A DNA stretch of 63,604 bases, filler included, from Phoronis australis (lineage: Eukaryota > Animalia > Phoronida), in assembly GCA_002633005.1 (NCBI GenBank). It is 8 parts of 8 records of this genome, joined end to end, with 100 filler letters (N's around TTAATTAATTAA, not from the genome) between each part and the next. Parts side by side here need not be neighbours in the genome. Positions count along the whole stretch, not along the records: positions 61,018 to 63,604 come from NMRA01003583.1; 7 more parts are not named here. One strand, given 5' to 3'. A program made the translations under genes and the position numbers. This document shows, piece after piece, positions 62,601-63,604 of this stretch (position 1 is the first letter of the stretch; each line of letters begins with the position of its first letter). The notes beneath the pieces are model-generated. The model saw only the letters and a program-made list of their open reading frames with translations. It was not told where the DNA came from and ran no database searches.

Positions 62601-63604
62601 AGACAATTTCAGGAAAACAAAGCTGGTTTTTGGTTTTTGTTCTTAAAAGGGAACTGTATTTTATTCTGAATAAATTCTGGATAGTTTTCTATGAATTGTT
62701 GATTAATTTCATAAATTAAATAATTCAACAACAAAAATTAAACTTATATTGATTTCTTTAACGAAACTCAAAAAAATTACCGGCTTAGAGTGCTGCTTAG
62801 TCTCATGACGTATTTGGCGGGGGCAAAATCACTGTCCTGTGTTAGCGTGAAATTTTAGTGTGAAATGTCGGGTCACCAGGGATACCTGTTTGAGCCGAGG
62901 CAACACAAAGTGATACCCAGTCATTGTCATCGTCTGATGAAAATTTGCCGGTGCAACCAGTCCGTATTAACAATTTACACTGGTGTGACTGTGCCCTGGG
63001 CAATGTGGACTCTAGCCAAAAGTCAGCCAGCTGTCAGCCAATACTCAGCTCGGTTAACTTGAAGGGTTGGTAAGTTACCGACTATAGCTGTATGAAGACT
63101 ATCGTACCACTGTGTGTTGAGCTCCTTTAACCCCGAATTTTCAGACAGCCGTTGACTACCCGGGTATAGTTGACTCAGTTATGCTCGTCACCTCGTCGTA
63201 AAACTTAGGCTACATCAACATATTAAGCTAACGGACTGGCAGGGGCGCATGCAAAATCTGGTAGTCACCCGACACTCCCACTGTTCATTGCAGCCGTTTA
63301 AGTTGAAAACAATCAAATAAACGTCATTTGGTAGCATAATTTGCTGCCTTTTTAACAAAGAAGTGTGTCGTCCGTTTCAAAAACAGCACGCTCGTGACAC
63401 GGCGCACACACCGTTTCCTAAAAATTTGAAACATCTTTCAGGACACGACAGCGTCGCAGCGCCAAGGTTGTCCTAAAATTCGGTTTGTTGGTATAAATAA
63501 AAAACTTGTAACAAAATGAAACAAGTTCCTATAATTTGTTATAACATGTACGCAACCTAGGTACCGTCAGCGACAAACACTTGATAAAAGAACTGGGGGG
63601 GGGG

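Overview
Draft-assembly window from an intron-rich animal genome, probably an invertebrate (lophotrochozoan-like; inference). It contains seven artificial ~100-nt N spacers carrying TTAATTAATTAA, so order across gaps is not guaranteed. (1) 746-12219: an apparently complete Sola3-type DNA transposon (TTAA|GAG...CTC|TTAA). It encodes an intact 8-exon, ~1080-aa DDD transposase on the minus strand. Its introns hold a decayed Gypsy element and a hAT-like MITE. Its two ends share only short motifs, which sit in a conserved spacing register. (2) The last four coding exons of TMX3. (3) An isolated first exon of an LBP/BPI gene. (4) A seven-exon internal fragment of BIRC6/Bruce that looks pseudogenised: in-frame TAG, a phase break, a Harbinger element inserted exactly at a splice donor, and 3' truncation. 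(5) A Gypsy 5' end whose Gag starts with an HhH-like motif, adjoining a Penelope GIY-YIG remnant. (6) Four exons of TUSC3/MAGT1. The rest is MITEs, SINE heads, tandem repeats and one perfect 64-bp palindrome. All family assignments come from motif recognition by eye; no searches were run.
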